Assembly: GCA_964420315.1 (NCBI GenBank)
Contig: CAYQTB010000001.1
Coordinates: forward strand, 24,310 to 88,309
Direction of reading: 5' to 3'
From: an uncultured Thiothrix sp.
GTDB taxonomy: Bacteria > Pseudomonadota > Gammaproteobacteria > Thiotrichales > Thiotrichaceae
Length of the DNA stretch: 64,000 nt
In this document: positions 35,106-46,900 of the stretch, piece after piece
Layout of the letters: each line of letters begins with the position of its first letter
Position numbering within the stretch: position 1 is the first letter of the stretch
The notes under the pieces: model-generated
Database searches by the model: none
The model's input: only the letters and a program-made list of their open reading frames with translations
What the model was told of the DNA's origin: nothing
Translations under genes and position numbers: made by a program

Positions 35106-36136
35106 TCCTGTAATCCCCGTTTAGTGCCGTACACACGCGGCTGGGTGTAGTAATCCAGCAAGGGCACTGCCATATTCATAATGATGACGGAAAACGCAAT
35201 CGCATCTGGGTAGCCGCCCCATGTGCGGATAATATAGGTGAACAACCCAATGCCCGCTGCGTAAAGCAATTTACCGACCGGCGTGGTACTGGCGGATACC
35301 GGGTCAGTAGCAATGAAAAATGCGCCCAACATCGCCGCCCCGCTAAACAAATGGAACAGCGGTGATGCATACGCTTGCGGATCAATTAGCCAAAATACAC
35401 TCGCCATCAGCGCCAAGGTTCCCAGCAACGCGCCAGGAATTTGCCAACTGATAATGCGTTGCCACAGCAACCATAAGCCGCCGAGGAGCCATGCCAGACT
35501 GACCCACTCCCACGCTCGCCCCGCCAATAGACCAAATTGCCCCGTGGCGTAAATGTCGCTCAAAGGTTTATTCAAACTCAGGCTGACTTTGACCGCATCG
35601 AGCGGGGTAGCGGCACTCAGCGCATCCCAACCTTGGGTGCTACCGGCAAACACATGCTGCAAGGTTTGCCATAAACCAATCTGCGCAAAGCTGAAGTCCA
35701 CAGGCGCTGGCCAAAGCGTCATTTGCACCGGATAAGACACCAACACGGCAGCATAACCCACCATTGCCGGATTGAACGGGTTATACCCCAAGCCACCATA
35801 CAAATGCTTAGCAATCACAATCGCAAAAATCATCGCAATCGCAATCAACCACCAAGGCGAAAACGCAGGCATCGCCACTGCTAACAACCACGCCGTGACC
35901 ACCGCGCTGTAATCGCTCAGAAACGGGCGCACCGGACGTTGGCGCAATGTCAACATGCCCCATTCCAGTAATTCCGCCAAGACAATAGCCAGCACCAAAT
36001 TACTGAGCATTCCCCAGCCAAAGTACCAGATCAGCACGGCAGTACCCGGCATCAGGGCGTACAGCACTTGGCGCATCATGCTGCTGACATCCTGTTTGCC
36101 GCTCACGTAAGGGGACGTGTGTTTGCTGAAAATCAT
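35102..36136 (-). CDS. rnfD: electron transport complex subunit RnfD
   Basis: 344 aa polytopic membrane protein; ..FFIATDPVSASTT.. is typical of RnfD/NqrB. Positioned between rnfC and rnfG. Confidence 0.9.
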   Translation of the reverse strand: MIFSKHTSPYVSGKQDVSSMMRQVLYALMPGTAVLIWYFGWGMLSNLVLAIVLAELLEWGMLTLRQRPVRPFLSDYSAVVTAWLLAVAMPAFSPWWLIAIAMIFAIVIAKHLYGGLGYNPFNPAMVGYAAVLVSYPVQMTLWPAPVDFSFAQIGLWQTLQHVFAGSTQGWDALSAATPLDAVKVSLSLNKPLSDIYATGQFGLLAGRAWEWVSLAWLLGGLWLLWQRIISWQIPGALLGTLALMASVFWLIDPQAYASPLFHLFSGAAMLGAFFIATDPVSASTTPVGKLLYAAGIGLFTYIIRTWGGYPDAIAFSVIIMNMAVPLLDYYTQPRVYGTKRGLQE

Positions 36137-37698
36137 GCCGTGGTTTCCCCGGTAGTGGTTTGGGCTGCGGCTTCCGCCTTTTTGGCTTTGGCGCGTTCCA
36201 GTGCAGCTTGAATCGCGGCTTTTTTGCCGTCATCGGTGTTGGCACGCGCTTGTTCTTTGTGCTTTGCCAGCTTTTCGGCTTTTTCACGTTTAGCGCGTTC
36301 GAGGCGTTCTTGATGGAAATCGTGGCGTTCGCGGGCAATGTTGGCTTTGGTTTTGGCGTCGCGTTGGGTGCGAATTTCAGCCTTGGCGAAACGGTAGTAA
36401 TCCACCAAGCGAATGTGGCTGGGGCAGACATAAGCGCAGCAGCCGCATTCGATGCAATCAAACAAATGGTATTGCTCGGCTTTGTCGAACTCGCGAGCGC
36501 GGCTGTGCCAATAAAGCTGTTGCGGTAGCAAGGTGATGGGGCAGACTTCGGCACACCGTCCGCAGCGGATACAGGGCATGGCTTGCGGTTCGTTGTCAGG
36601 GCTATCGCTGACGAGGATGCAGTTGGTGGCTTTAACGACGGGGATTTGGTCGCTGTGCAGGGAAATGCCCATCATCGGCCCGCCCATGGCCAAACGTTTT
36701 GCCACTGGGGTGTAGCCGCCGCTGTGTGCAATCAGGTGTTGAATCGGTGTACCTAGTGGGACTTCGACATTGCACGGTTGCGCCACACCCTTGCCGGTGA
36801 TGGTAAGGTAGCGATCAATCAGCGGTTCACCGAGTACCACTGCGCGGTAAATGGCACGAGCGGTGGCGGGATTGTGGCATACAATGCCAATCGTGGCGGG
36901 TCTGCCCCCACTAGGAACTTCCTTGCCGGTAAGGATTTTGATGAGTTGCTTTTCGCTACCGCTAGGGTAAAGCGTGGGGATGGGGATAATCGCGATGCGT
37001 TGCTCACCGAGTTCCTCACGCGCGGCTTGCATGGCAGCAATCGCTTCCGGTTTGTTGTCTTCAATCCCGATCAGGCAGCGTTGGGTGGCAATAATGTGCA
37101 TCATGATTTGCACCCCGCGCAAGATTTCCACGGGCTTTTCGCGCATCAGGCGGTCGTCACAGGTAATGTACGGTTCGCATTCTGCACCATTGATGACTAG
37201 GGCTTCGATGGGAATATTGTCGTGCACATTGAGTTTGATGGCAGCAGGGAATACCGCGCCGCCCATGCCAACAATACCCGCTGCACAAATGCGTTGGCGC
37301 AAGATTTCACCATCCACTTGGCTGGGTTCTGGGTAGACGGGCATCCGGGCATTGCCCCAGTCGTCTTTGCCGTCGGGTTTGAGGATGATGCACACATCAC
37401 TCAAACCGGAAGGGTGGGGAATCGGGCGCTCTTCAATCGCGGTAATCGTGCCGGAGGTGCTGGCGTGTACCGGCACTTTCATAAAGCCGGTGTGCGAGGC
37501 AAGTTCTTGTCCTTTGTAAACGTAGTCGCCTGCTTTGATCGTGAGCGTCGGTTTGTAACCGCTGTGTTGTTGCAGAGGAATGATTAATTCCTCAGCCATA
37601 GGCAGGTGCTTAGTAGGGGCTGCGTTGGAATCTTCCTTGTGGTAATCCAGATGCAATCCGCCGTGATTACGCCAGAGCTTGTGTAAGGTTTGTATCAT
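36133..37698 (-). CDS. rnfC: electron transport complex subunit RnfC
   Basis: [11 protein letters not shown]; two 4Fe-4S motifs [12 protein letters not shown] and [12 protein letters not shown]; K/A/E-rich tail. The ATG at 37698 forms an ATGA overlap with the rnfB stop. Confidence 0.9.
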   Translation of the reverse strand: MIQTLHKLWRNHGGLHLDYHKEDSNAAPTKHLPMAEELIIPLQQHSGYKPTLTIKAGDYVYKGQELASHTGFMKVPVHASTSGTITAIEERPIPHPSGLSDVCIILKPDGKDDWGNARMPVYPEPSQVDGEILRQRICAAGIVGMGGAVFPAAIKLNVHDNIPIEALVINGAECEPYITCDDRLMREKPVEILRGVQIMMHIIATQRCLIGIEDNKPEAIAAMQAAREELGEQRIAIIPIPTLYPSGSEKQLIKILTGKEVPSGGRPATIGIVCHNPATARAIYRAVVLGEPLIDRYLTITGKGVAQPCNVEVPLGTPIQHLIAHSGGYTPVAKRLAMGGPMMGISLHSDQIPVVKATNCILVSDSPDNEPQAMPCIRCGRCAEVCPITLLPQQLYWHSRAREFDKAEQYHLFDCIECGCCAYVCPSHIRLVDYYRFAKAEIRTQRDAKTKANIARERHDFHQERLERAKREKAEKLAKHKEQARANTDDGKKAAIQAALERAKAKKAEAAAQTTTGETTA

Positions 37699-38294
37699 GA
37701 CGCCACCTTTGGTGCTTGCGCGTTGGCATCGTTGGAAGGCGAAGATTGTTGCACCAGCGTGTAAACCGGGTACGGCCATTTCCAAGTCGCGGGTTCAACC
37801 TTGACGGGAACCATCGCGATGCAATCCACCGGACACGGCGGCAGGCACAGTTTGCAGCCGGTGCATTCGCTTTCAATAATGGTGTGCATGTGTTTGGCTG
37901 CGCCGACGATGGCATCCACAGGGCAGGCTTGGATGCACAGGGTGCAGCCGATGCAGGTATTTTCGTCAATGACGGCGACCAGTGGCACGCTGGAATGTTC
38001 GCCGTTTTCATCGTTGAGCGGTTTGGCTTCCACGCCCAGCAATTCGGCGAGGGCTTTAATCGTCGCTTCACCACCGGGCGGGCAATGGTTGATGTCGGCT
38101 TCCCCTTTGGCGATGGCTTCGGCGTAAGGGCGGCAACCGGGGAAACCGCATTGCCCGCATTGGGTTTGCGGCAGAATCGCATCCACTTTGTCCGCTATCG
38201 GGTCGCCTTCGACTTTGTAACGAATCGCGGCGTAACCCAGCAGCAACCCGAAAACGGCAGCCAGCCCGCTAATGATAAGAATGGCTGCCAACAT
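37695..38294 (-). CDS. rnfB: electron transport complex subunit RnfB
   Basis: N-terminal TM; [15 protein letters not shown]; ferredoxin motifs [12 protein letters not shown] and [12 protein letters not shown]. Confidence 0.9.
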   Translation of the reverse strand: MLAAILIISGLAAVFGLLLGYAAIRYKVEGDPIADKVDAILPQTQCGQCGFPGCRPYAEAIAKGEADINHCPPGGEATIKALAELLGVEAKPLNDENGEHSSVPLVAVIDENTCIGCTLCIQACPVDAIVGAAKHMHTIIESECTGCKLCLPPCPVDCIAMVPVKVEPATWKWPYPVYTLVQQSSPSNDANAQAPKVAS

Positions 38295-38875
38295 CAGTGT
38301 TTCACCAACCCAGAAAAGCCCATGAATGCCAGCGCCATTAGCCCGGCGGTAATCAAGCCAATGGCGTTGCCTTGGAAGGTTTCCGGCACATCCGCCACCG
38401 CGAGGCGTTCGCGAATACCCGCAAACAGCACCAAAACCAAGGTGAAACCCAGTGCCGCGCCCATGCCGTAGAGGGCAGATTCAATGAAGTCATGGGTTTC
38501 TTGCACATTCAATAATGCCACTCCCAGCACGGCACAATTGGTGGTAATCAACGGTAGATAGATACCTAACACGTTGTACAATACCGGGCTGCTTTTGCGA
38601 ATGACCATTTCGGTAAAGCCCACAATCGCAGCAATCACTAAAATAAAGCTGATGGTGCGCAAATATTCCAAGTGAAACGGTTCTAGTAGGTAGTTATTCA
38701 CCAGATAACTGGCAACCGATGAGAGCGTCAGCACAAACGTGGTGGCTAAACCCATGCCCATCGCTGTTTCCAACTTTCTGGAAACGCCCATGAACGGGCA
38801 TAAACCCAAGAAATGTGACAGGACAAAGTTATTGACCCACACCGTACCAACAATAATAAGTAAGTAATCCGTCAT
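38294..38875 (-). CDS. rnfA: electron transport complex subunit RnfA
   Basis: 193 aa; six-TM RnfA/NqrE-like protein ([18 protein letters not shown]); first gene of the operon. Confidence 0.9.
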   Translation of the reverse strand: MTDYLLIIVGTVWVNNFVLSHFLGLCPFMGVSRKLETAMGMGLATTFVLTLSSVASYLVNNYLLEPFHLEYLRTISFILVIAAIVGFTEMVIRKSSPVLYNVLGIYLPLITTNCAVLGVALLNVQETHDFIESALYGMGAALGFTLVLVLFAGIRERLAVADVPETFQGNAIGLITAGLMALAFMGFSGLVKH

Positions 38876-39035
38876 AAATTAGGCTTTGGGAATGGTTTCC
38901 AGTGAATAACTGAGCGGCGCATCTTGCCATATTAGCGAGTTATAACCTACAGCAAAGCGGCTGCCTATGATAATTGTCAGAAAGATCGTAGCGCTATTTT
39001 CATGATAACATCGACACACTGCATACCGTGAGGAT

Positions 39036-40310
39036 TTGGATTTGGACACTAACACGACGATTACGACTTACATGCAAGGCGTTGGTCAGCAAGCAAAGCA
39101 GGCTGCTCATACCCTTGCGAATATCGAGACTAGCACTAAAAACAATGCACTGCTGCGTATTGCAGATGTGATGTTGGAACGTGCGGACTGGCTGAAAGCC
39201 GAAAATGCCAAAGATTTGGCGGCTGGGCGCGACAAAGGCTTGGATGCGGCGATGCTGGATCGCTTGACGCTGAGCGATAAAACCATTGCAGGCATGGCGG
39301 AAGGCGTGCGCCAAGTGGCAACCTTGGCTGACCCGATTGGCACGATTACCGATCTAAGCTACCGCCCGTCGGGGATTCAGGTGGGTAAGATGCGTGTACC
39401 CTTGGGAGTGGTCGGCATTATTTACGAATCGCGCCCGAATGTGACGGTGGACGCGGCAGCGCTGTGTTTGAAATCTGGCAATGCCACGATTTTACGCGGT
39501 GGCTCGGAGGCGATTCACTCCAATCAGGCGATTGCGGCGTGTGTGCGGGCAGGCTTGGAAGCGGTGGGTTTGCCGTCGGCGTGTGTGCAAGTGGTGGAAA
39601 CCACGGATCGGGCGGCGGTGGGCGAATTGTTACGCATGGCGCAATACGTCGATGTAATAGTGCCGCGAGGGGGCAAAGGTTTGATCGAACGGGTCAGCGC
39701 GGAATCACGCATTCCGGTAATCAAGCACTTGGACGGAATTTGTCATGTGTACATTGATGATCAAGCCGATCTGGAGAAGGCGGTTAAAGTCGCCGTGAAT
39801 GCCAAAACGCACCGTTACGGGGTGTGCAATGCGATGGAAACGTTGCTGGTGGCAGAAGGTGTGGCGGCGCAAGTATTGCCGGTGTTGGCGGAAGAGTACG
39901 TGGCGAAAGGTGTGGAATTGCGCGGTTGTGAGCGGACGTGTGCGCTGTTGCCTGCGTGTGTGGCGGCGACCGAAGAAGATTGGGGTACGGAATACCTTGC
40001 ACCGATTTTGTCCATCAAAGTGGTAATGGGTATGGCTGAGGCAATTACGCACATTAATACCTATGGGTCGCAACATACCGATGCGATTATTACCGAGAAT
40101 TACACGCGGGCGCGGGCATTCTTGCGGCAGGTGGATTCGAGTTCGGTGATGGTGAATGCATCGACACGCTTTGCCGACGGCTTTGAGTATGGGCTGGGGG
40201 CGGAGATTGGCATTAGTACCGATAAGATTCATGCGCGGGGACCGGTGGGTTTGGAGGGCTTAACGTCGCAGAAGTATGTGGTGTTGGGGGATGGGCATAT
40301 TCGGGTGTGA
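39036..40310 (+). CDS. proA: glutamate-5-semialdehyde dehydrogenase
   Basis: [27 protein letters not shown] and [23 protein letters not shown]. Start uncertain: TTG at 39036/39042, or the ATG at 39072, which aligns best with E. coli ProA. Confidence 0.9.
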   Translation: MDLDTNTTITTYMQGVGQQAKQAAHTLANIETSTKNNALLRIADVMLERADWLKAENAKDLAAGRDKGLDAAMLDRLTLSDKTIAGMAEGVRQVATLADPIGTITDLSYRPSGIQVGKMRVPLGVVGIIYESRPNVTVDAAALCLKSGNATILRGGSEAIHSNQAIAACVRAGLEAVGLPSACVQVVETTDRAAVGELLRMAQYVDVIVPRGGKGLIERVSAESRIPVIKHLDGICHVYIDDQADLEKAVKVAVNAKTHRYGVCNAMETLLVAEGVAAQVLPVLAEEYVAKGVELRGCERTCALLPACVAATEEDWGTEYLAPILSIKVVMGMAEAITHINTYGSQHTDAIITENYTRARAFLRQVDSSSVMVNASTRFADGFEYGLGAEIGISTDKIHARGPVGLEGLTSQKYVVLGDGHIRV

Positions 40311-40377
40311 GTGGGGGAATGCCTTCGTTGCGGGGAGCAAAGGCGTTATTGATAATATCCCGTTTGGATATGTGTAA

Positions 40378-40998
40378 ATGATCGGTATCCTCGGCGGCAC
40401 CTTCGACCCCATCCATCACGCGCATTTACGCACTGCGCTCGAAGTCGCGGAACACTTCGGCATTAGCGATATGCGTTTAATTCCGGGCAAGCAGCCGCCG
40501 CACCGCCCGCAACCTATTGCCACGCCAGCGCAACGGCTGGCAATGCTGCAAGCCGCGATTGTCACGGAACCGCGTTTGCAAGCCGATGACCGCGAATTAC
40601 GCCGCGATGGGCATTCCTACAGTTTCGACACGCTGCAAACCTTTCGCGCGGAAGTTGGGAGCGAACGCCCACTGCTGTTCACGCTGGGCTTCGATGCCTT
40701 TCTGCATTTTCAGCGTTGGCACCGTTGGGATGAAATTTTAGCACTCGCGCATCTGGTCGTGGTGCACCGTCCAAGGTATAGTCTGCCCCCTAACGGTTGG
40801 CATGAACCTTTCCTCAGCACAAACCCCGATGATTTACGCGCCACACCCGCAGGCAGGATTTACTTTTTAAGCGTTACTGCTCTCGATATCTCTGCCACCC
40901 ATCTGCGTATGCTATTGAAACAGGGTAAAAGTCCCCGATATTTACTGCCAGATAGCGTTCTGGACTATATTCAACGACATCAACTTTACTGTGAATAA
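40378..40998 (+). CDS. nadD: nicotinate-nucleotide adenylyltransferase
   Basis: GILGGTFDPIHHAHL (HxGH motif) and ISATHLR. Confidence 0.9.
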   Translation: MIGILGGTFDPIHHAHLRTALEVAEHFGISDMRLIPGKQPPHRPQPIATPAQRLAMLQAAIVTEPRLQADDRELRRDGHSYSFDTLQTFRAEVGSERPLLFTLGFDAFLHFQRWHRWDEILALAHLVVVHRPRYSLPPNGWHEPFLSTNPDDLRATPAGRIYFLSVTALDISATHLRMLLKQGKSPRYLLPDSVLDYIQRHQLYCE

Positions 40999-41001
40999 TT
41001 A

Positions 41002-41370
41002 ATGGAACTCGAAACACTTAAGCAATTAGTGGTTAAAACACTGGATGACATGAAAGGTCAAAACATCAAGACGATTGATGTGCGCGGCAAATCCTCCATC
41101 ACCGATATGATGGTAATCGTGACCGGTAACTCCAACCGCCACGTTAAATCTTTGGCGGATGCGGTTGAACTGGCGGTGAAAGAAGCCGGTGTGCAGCCAT
41201 TGGGTATCGAAGGTGACGCGCAATCCGACTGGGTATTGCTCGACCTAAATGACATTATTTTGCACGTCATGCTGGCCAGTACCCGCGACTACTATAATTT
41301 GGAAAAGCTCTGGGAAGTCGGCGAAGGTTTGCCCCAATCGCGCCCTGGTATGCTGGGGACGCCGGACTAA
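41002..41370 (+). CDS. rsfS: ribosome silencing factor
   Basis: 122 aa; DMKGQNIKTIDV..TDMMVIVTGNSNRHV..DWVLLDLNDIILHVM; conserved nadD-rsfS-rlmH order. Confidence 0.88.
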   Translation: MELETLKQLVVKTLDDMKGQNIKTIDVRGKSSITDMMVIVTGNSNRHVKSLADAVELAVKEAGVQPLGIEGDAQSDWVLLDLNDIILHVMLASTRDYYNLEKLWEVGEGLPQSRPGMLGTPD

Positions 41371-41844
41371 GTGCGTATTCACTTATTAGCCATCGGCACG
41401 AAAATGCCGGGCTGGGTCAACGCGGGGACGGAGGAATATGCTGGACGTATGCCGCCGCAATGCCAGTTGTTGATTCGCGAGATTGCTGCCGAGAAACGCA
41501 CCAAAAACAGTGACTTGAACCGTATTCGGCAGAGTGAGGGTGAAAAGTTGCTGGCAGCGATTCCCGACGGCAATCTCGTGATCACGCTCGATGTAAAAGG
41601 CAAACCTTGGTCAACCGAACAGCTTGCGCAGCAACTCGATAGTTGGATGATGTCCGGTCGCGATGTCAGCTTGCTGGTTGGCGGTCCTGAAGGTTTGTCG
41701 CCTGCGTGTTTGCAACGCGCCGAGCAAAGTTGGTCGTTGTCGCCGTTAACGTTCCCGCATCCGTTAGTGCGGATTGTGGTGGCGGAACAATTGTTTCGTG
41801 CCTGGAGTATATTGACTAACCACCCTTACCATCGCGGGGATTAA
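41371..41844 (+). CDS. rlmH: 23S rRNA (pseudouridine1915-N3)-methyltransferase
   Basis: 157 aa SPOUT protein; [40 protein letters not shown] start directly after the rsfS stop. Confidence 0.88.
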   Translation: MRIHLLAIGTKMPGWVNAGTEEYAGRMPPQCQLLIREIAAEKRTKNSDLNRIRQSEGEKLLAAIPDGNLVITLDVKGKPWSTEQLAQQLDSWMMSGRDVSLLVGGPEGLSPACLQRAEQSWSLSPLTFPHPLVRIVVAEQLFRAWSILTNHPYHRGD

Positions 41845-42465
41845 ATGCACGCACCACAGCTTATTCTCGCGTCAGCTTCACCCCGTCGCCGCGAATTGCT
41901 GGCACAAATTGGCATTCGGTTTGTGGTACAAACGGCTGACGTGGACGAAACACCGTTATTGGGAGAAACACCCGCAGCGTTGGTGGAGCGTCTGGCTACC
42001 CTCAAAGCAGAAACCGTTTGGAATGTTGTAGGAGCCAGCCCTGCTGGCGATGCTGCGGAAGCTCGCCTGTATGGCAAGCGCCTACCTGTTTTAGGTTCGG
42101 ACACGCTAGGCATTCTCAACGGTGAATTGTTGGTAAAGCCCCGCGATTTCCCCCACGCGCAACAAATGCTGCGGCAAATGTCGGGTCAGGCACACGAAAT
42201 TCTCACCGCAGTGGCTTTGACTGCTGCAACAGGCACACAGGTGAGGTTAAGCCGCAGTGTGGTTAAGTTCCGTACCATCACTGATTCCGAAATTCTGGCA
42301 TACTGGGCGAGTGGTGAGCCACATGACAAAGCTGGTGCGTATGCGATTCAGGGACTTGGCGCAGTTTTTATCGAAAAACTTGAGGGGTCTTACTCTGGGG
42401 TCATGGGTTTGCCGCTGTTTGAAACGGCGCAACTGCTGGCAACCGCAGGCATTAATACCTTATAA
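41845..42465 (+). CDS. maf: Maf-like nucleoside triphosphate pyrophosphatase
   Basis: LILASASPRRRELL; DKAGAYAIQG; GLPL. Confidence 0.88.
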   Translation: MHAPQLILASASPRRRELLAQIGIRFVVQTADVDETPLLGETPAALVERLATLKAETVWNVVGASPAGDAAEARLYGKRLPVLGSDTLGILNGELLVKPRDFPHAQQMLRQMSGQAHEILTAVALTAATGTQVRLSRSVVKFRTITDSEILAYWASGEPHDKAGAYAIQGLGAVFIEKLEGSYSGVMGLPLFETAQLLATAGINTL

Positions 42466-42492
42466 AAAACTATCACCACCAAAGGCAGACTC

Positions 42493-43971
42493 ATGAGCGC
42501 AGAACTGTTAATCAATGTTACCCCGCAAGAATCACGGGTTGCCTTACTCGAAAATGGCTGTTTGCAAGAAGTGCTGATCGAACGCACCTCCCGCAAGGGC
42601 ATTGTCGGCAATATTTACAAAGGCAAAGTGAGCCGCGTACTACCGGGAATGGAAGCGGCTTTTATCGACATTGGTTTGGAAAAATCGGCATTTTTACACG
42701 CCTCTGACCTTACGCATCCTTCGTTGGAAGAATTTCAGGGTAGTACCATTACGCGCCCGACGTTACCAATCAGTGAATTGCTCTATGAAGGCAAAAAGTT
42801 GTTGGTGCAGGTCATCAAAGATCCGCTCGGTACAAAAGGGGCGCGTTTGACCACGCATGTCACCATTCCTTCACGCTTTTTGGTGCTAATGCCGGATAAT
42901 AATAGTGTGGGGGTATCCGGCAAAATTGAAGAAGGCGCGGAACGTGAACGCCTTCGGGTGATTATTGAACAGTTGCGTCTTGAGTTTGGCAGTGAGCACG
43001 GTTATATCGTGCGTACCGCTGCCGAAGGTATCAGCGAAGATGATTTGCGCCGTGATATGAAATTTCTGTGCAAACTCTGGGACAGTATTGCCAAATCATC
43101 GGTCGAGTTGCCAGCCCCTACCTTGGTGTATTCTGATTTACCCTTGGTGTTGCGGGTCTTGCGCGATATGGTGGGTGAGAAAATCAGCAAAGTGCAGATT
43201 GACTCCCGCGAAACCGCCACTAAGGTCATGGATTTCAGCCAGAAATATATCCCCGACTTAGCCGGTGTCATTGATCACTACCCCGGTGAACGCCCAATTT
43301 TTGATTTGCACGGTGTGGAAGAGGAAATCCAGAAAGCCTTGCAGCGCAAAGTGCCGCTCAAGTCTGGTGGTTACTTGATTATTGATCAAACCGAAGCAAT
43401 GACCACGATTGATGTGAATACCGGCGGATTTGTCGGTAGCCGCAATCTGGAGGAAACCATTTTCCGCACCAATCTGGAAGCGGCGCAAACCATTGCTCGC
43501 CAGCTACGCCTGCGCAATCTAGGCGGCATTATCATTATCGACTTCATCGACATGTTGCAACATGACCACCGCCAGCAGGTATTGAAGTTATTGGAGAAAT
43601 CGCTGGAACGCGATTACGCCAAAACCTATGTGTGCGATGTTTCCCCGCTGGGCTTGGTGGAAATGACCCGCAAACGTACTCGCGAAAGTTTGGAACATGT
43701 GCTGTGCCAGCCTTGTCCATGTTGTAATGGCAATGGTTTTATCAAAAGTGCGGAAACGGTGTGTTACGAAATATTCCGTGAAATCTTGCGGGCAGTGCGC
43801 CAATTTGATGCCCGTGAATTGCTGGTGTTGGCTTCGCAGGAAGTGGTAGATTTACTGCTTGATGAAGAATCCGACAGTTTGGCAGAATTGCAGCAATTCG
43901 TGGGGATTCCGATTCGTTTACAGGTAGAAGCACTTTACACGCAGGAGCATTTCGACGTTGTACTTCTCTAG
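42493..43971 (+). CDS. rng: ribonuclease G
   Basis: S1 domain GNIYKGKVSRVLPGMEAAFIDIG; TIDVNTG; IIIDFIDM; Zn-link CPCCNGNG. Confidence 0.92.
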   Translation: MSAELLINVTPQESRVALLENGCLQEVLIERTSRKGIVGNIYKGKVSRVLPGMEAAFIDIGLEKSAFLHASDLTHPSLEEFQGSTITRPTLPISELLYEGKKLLVQVIKDPLGTKGARLTTHVTIPSRFLVLMPDNNSVGVSGKIEEGAERERLRVIIEQLRLEFGSEHGYIVRTAAEGISEDDLRRDMKFLCKLWDSIAKSSVELPAPTLVYSDLPLVLRVLRDMVGEKISKVQIDSRETATKVMDFSQKYIPDLAGVIDHYPGERPIFDLHGVEEEIQKALQRKVPLKSGGYLIIDQTEAMTTIDVNTGGFVGSRNLEETIFRTNLEAAQTIARQLRLRNLGGIIIIDFIDMLQHDHRQQVLKLLEKSLERDYAKTYVCDVSPLGLVEMTRKRTRESLEHVLCQPCPCCNGNGFIKSAETVCYEIFREILRAVRQFDARELLVLASQEVVDLLLDEESDSLAELQQFVGIPIRLQVEALYTQEHFDVVLL

Positions 43972-46900
43972 GAGGCAGGGCGGTTTTGTATTACGCCTCA
44001 CCTACCTGCTACTCACTTTTTTGTTTCATTGGGCTGTTGTTCTGATTGCGCTGCTGGGGCTGGCGCACTTGTGGTTGCCGATGGTTGACAACTATAAAGG
44101 CATACTGGAACACGAATTATCACGCTTTGTCGGCAATTCGATCAGTATCGGGCAAATTCGTGTCGACCATGACAGCGATGAGTTGCGTTGGGTGTTGGAT
44201 AATTTGCAACTCACCGACGATACTTCTGGGCAATCTCCCATTCAAATCCGCCAACTGAGCCTCTCAGTAGACTGGCGCGAAAGCTTGCGCACCTTGCGTT
44301 TGCAACCGGCGGATATTGTGTTGGAAGGCGTGGAGTTTGTGCTGCGTCAAGAAGCCAATGCGCTACCAGAAGTACAAGGGTTGCGCTTTCCCTTGCCGGG
44401 GCAAAAAAACACGGCGCTGAATATTGAGCGCCAGTCACCGATTCGCATCAGTATCAATAGCGGCTTTGTGCATTGGATGGATGTTACCAACCGCCGTGCG
44501 TTAACCTTGAGTGATTTGCAGTTCATGGGCGAGATTTTGCCGAATGAAATTACGTTGCAAGCCGATGCCTTATTCCCCCCAACGATTGGGGAAACGTTGG
44601 GTGTGGACGCGGTATTGCAGCAAGTGACCAATGCCGAAGGCAAAGCGCAATGGGACGGGACGCTACACACTCGCACTCGGATTTTTAATCTCGCTGCCTT
44701 GCCGTCACCCTTGCTGAAACACTACGGGGTGAATGCGGGCGGTTTGAAGCTGGATGCCACCATTAAAGCAGCGGCAGGCAAGCCTTTGCACATCAGTGGC
44801 ACGGGTGAAATTCAGCATTTGGGCTGGACAGGTAATGCCCAGACCCCAGCGCTGCAAGGTGTCAATGCTTCGTTTACGGCGGCTAATGAAGGCGGTAGCG
44901 TCAAGGTTAAGCTCAACGATAGCCCGTTAAGTTACCCGCAGTGGTTTGAAAAAACCTTGCGGGTGGATAGCTTAGCTGCGGACTTGAACTGGCAGGTCAA
45001 AGCCGATGGTTGGCATTGGCAACTCCGTCACTTAAGCGCAGAAAACCCTGATCTTACTCTGCAAGGTATCGGAACATTGACAGTGCCGATGCAACAAGTA
45101 CCAGCTATTGACCTGAATATGACGTTTGCCACGCGCCGTACTGTGGATAATGTGCGTGATTACATCCCCGCGATTATTCCCGATAACACCGAAAAATGGT
45201 TAAAAACGGCGATTGTGAAAGGTTACGTGCCCAAGGGTGAGTTTATATTGCGCGGAAACCCGGCAGATTTTCCCTTTACACGTCAGTCGGGTGTATTCGA
45301 CATTCGTTTCGCTATTGAGAATGGGGTGTTGGCGTATCTACCTGAATGGCCCACCGCCCATGAGGTGAACGGTGAACTGCATTTTCACAATGCGGATATG
45401 AATGCCACCGTACACAGCGCTCGGATCATGGATTTGGCAGTGACTGGCGGCACGGTGGCGATTCCCGGTATGCACGGTCACGATACGCACTTGTTACTCG
45501 ATTTGAACACGCAAGGGGATTTGCAAGCGCACATGAATTATTTGCGTGACGCACCGATTGGGCGCAGTTTGCGGGATTTCATGCCGGTGGCTAGATTTTC
45601 TGGCGAGTCGGCGTTGCATTTGAAGCTGGATGTGCCGTTGCGACATGCCACGCTGGAACAACAAGGTGTGGCAGTGGATGGCGTGGTGAGCTTGCAGGGC
45701 AACCGCTTCGCGATTCCAGCGTATGACCAGGATTTTACCAAGTTGCAGGGGCAGGTACATTTTGATCAGCACGGTGTGGATGTCAGTGAGGTAAGCGGGC
45801 AATACCGACAACAGCCCCTCAAGCTATCAGCGCGTACCGATAAAGCCAAGGGCATTATCAGCATTGACTTACAGCAACAGCAGCAACCAGCCGTATTTTT
45901 GCCGGAAAGCCTTGCCAACTTGCGGCAATACCTGAGCGGCACAGCGCTAGTGAATACTCGGCTGGAATTGCCTGCCTTTAATGCGAATACTGCCACAGGT
46001 CAGGCACCGACAAGTTTGAAGGTGTTGGCGCGTAGCCAATTGCAGGGCGTGGGAATTGCGTTACCGCCACCGTTTGGCAAGGCGGCAGCGGAGGCGCGTG
46101 AGTTACAGGTGGCGGTTGAATTGCCGTTTGATTCGGCGCAGCCTTGGCAAGCATTGGTGGGGTTAGGTAAGCACTTGCAGGTACAGGCACGTTTGCCGCA
46201 TAAGGGTGAGCAAGCGCCCGCCATTGGTATTGCAGTGGGCGGCAAGCCGGTTAATTTACCTGCCAGTGGCATCCAATTAGGCGGGGAATTGGCGGAACTC
46301 GACTTACTGAAATGGCAAGCGCTGGGGATACTCAGCGGCGCAGGGGCGGCATCCTCGGATATGTCTAATGCGTTGCGCGCCGATCTGAAGATTGGCAAGC
46401 TGACGGCGGGCAAACAAGCGTTTGGTGAGGCAGCATTGCGTGTTCGTGGTGGCGATATTCTCAAGGCGCATGTACAGGCAGATCACTTGCAAGCCACTAT
46501 GCACTTACCCGTCAAAGCACCGGCAAGTGGGCGTGTGAATATTGATGCGCAACACCTTGATCTTGATCAACTTGGCGAACAGTTATCGAAGGGCAGAGCG
46601 GCAGTGGGTAAGGGCTTATCGCCGGTAAAGTTCCCCTCCATGCGTTTCACTTGCACGGATTGCCGCAAGGGCGAGTTCCCGCTTCAGTCGCTTCACCTCA
46701 GCTTGAATAAATCCCGCGATGCTTTATTGATTGAACAGTTGGACATTCGTCACCCCCTGATGGTGTTATCCGCGTCTAAAGGGCGCTGGTATACGGCAGC
46801 GGATGGTTCATCCCACACCGAACTTACTGCCAAGGCAACGGTGACTGAACCAGGAAAACTGCTGGCAAAGCCGGGTAAGGCAGCCGCTTTGCAAGGTGGG

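Noticed and set aside
36160-36330. K/A/E-rich repetitive tail of RnfC ([26 protein letters not shown]) as a possible DNA-level tandem repeat.
   Set aside because: This is a common low-complexity C-terminal feature of RnfC proteins. I see no exact nucleotide tandem repeat.
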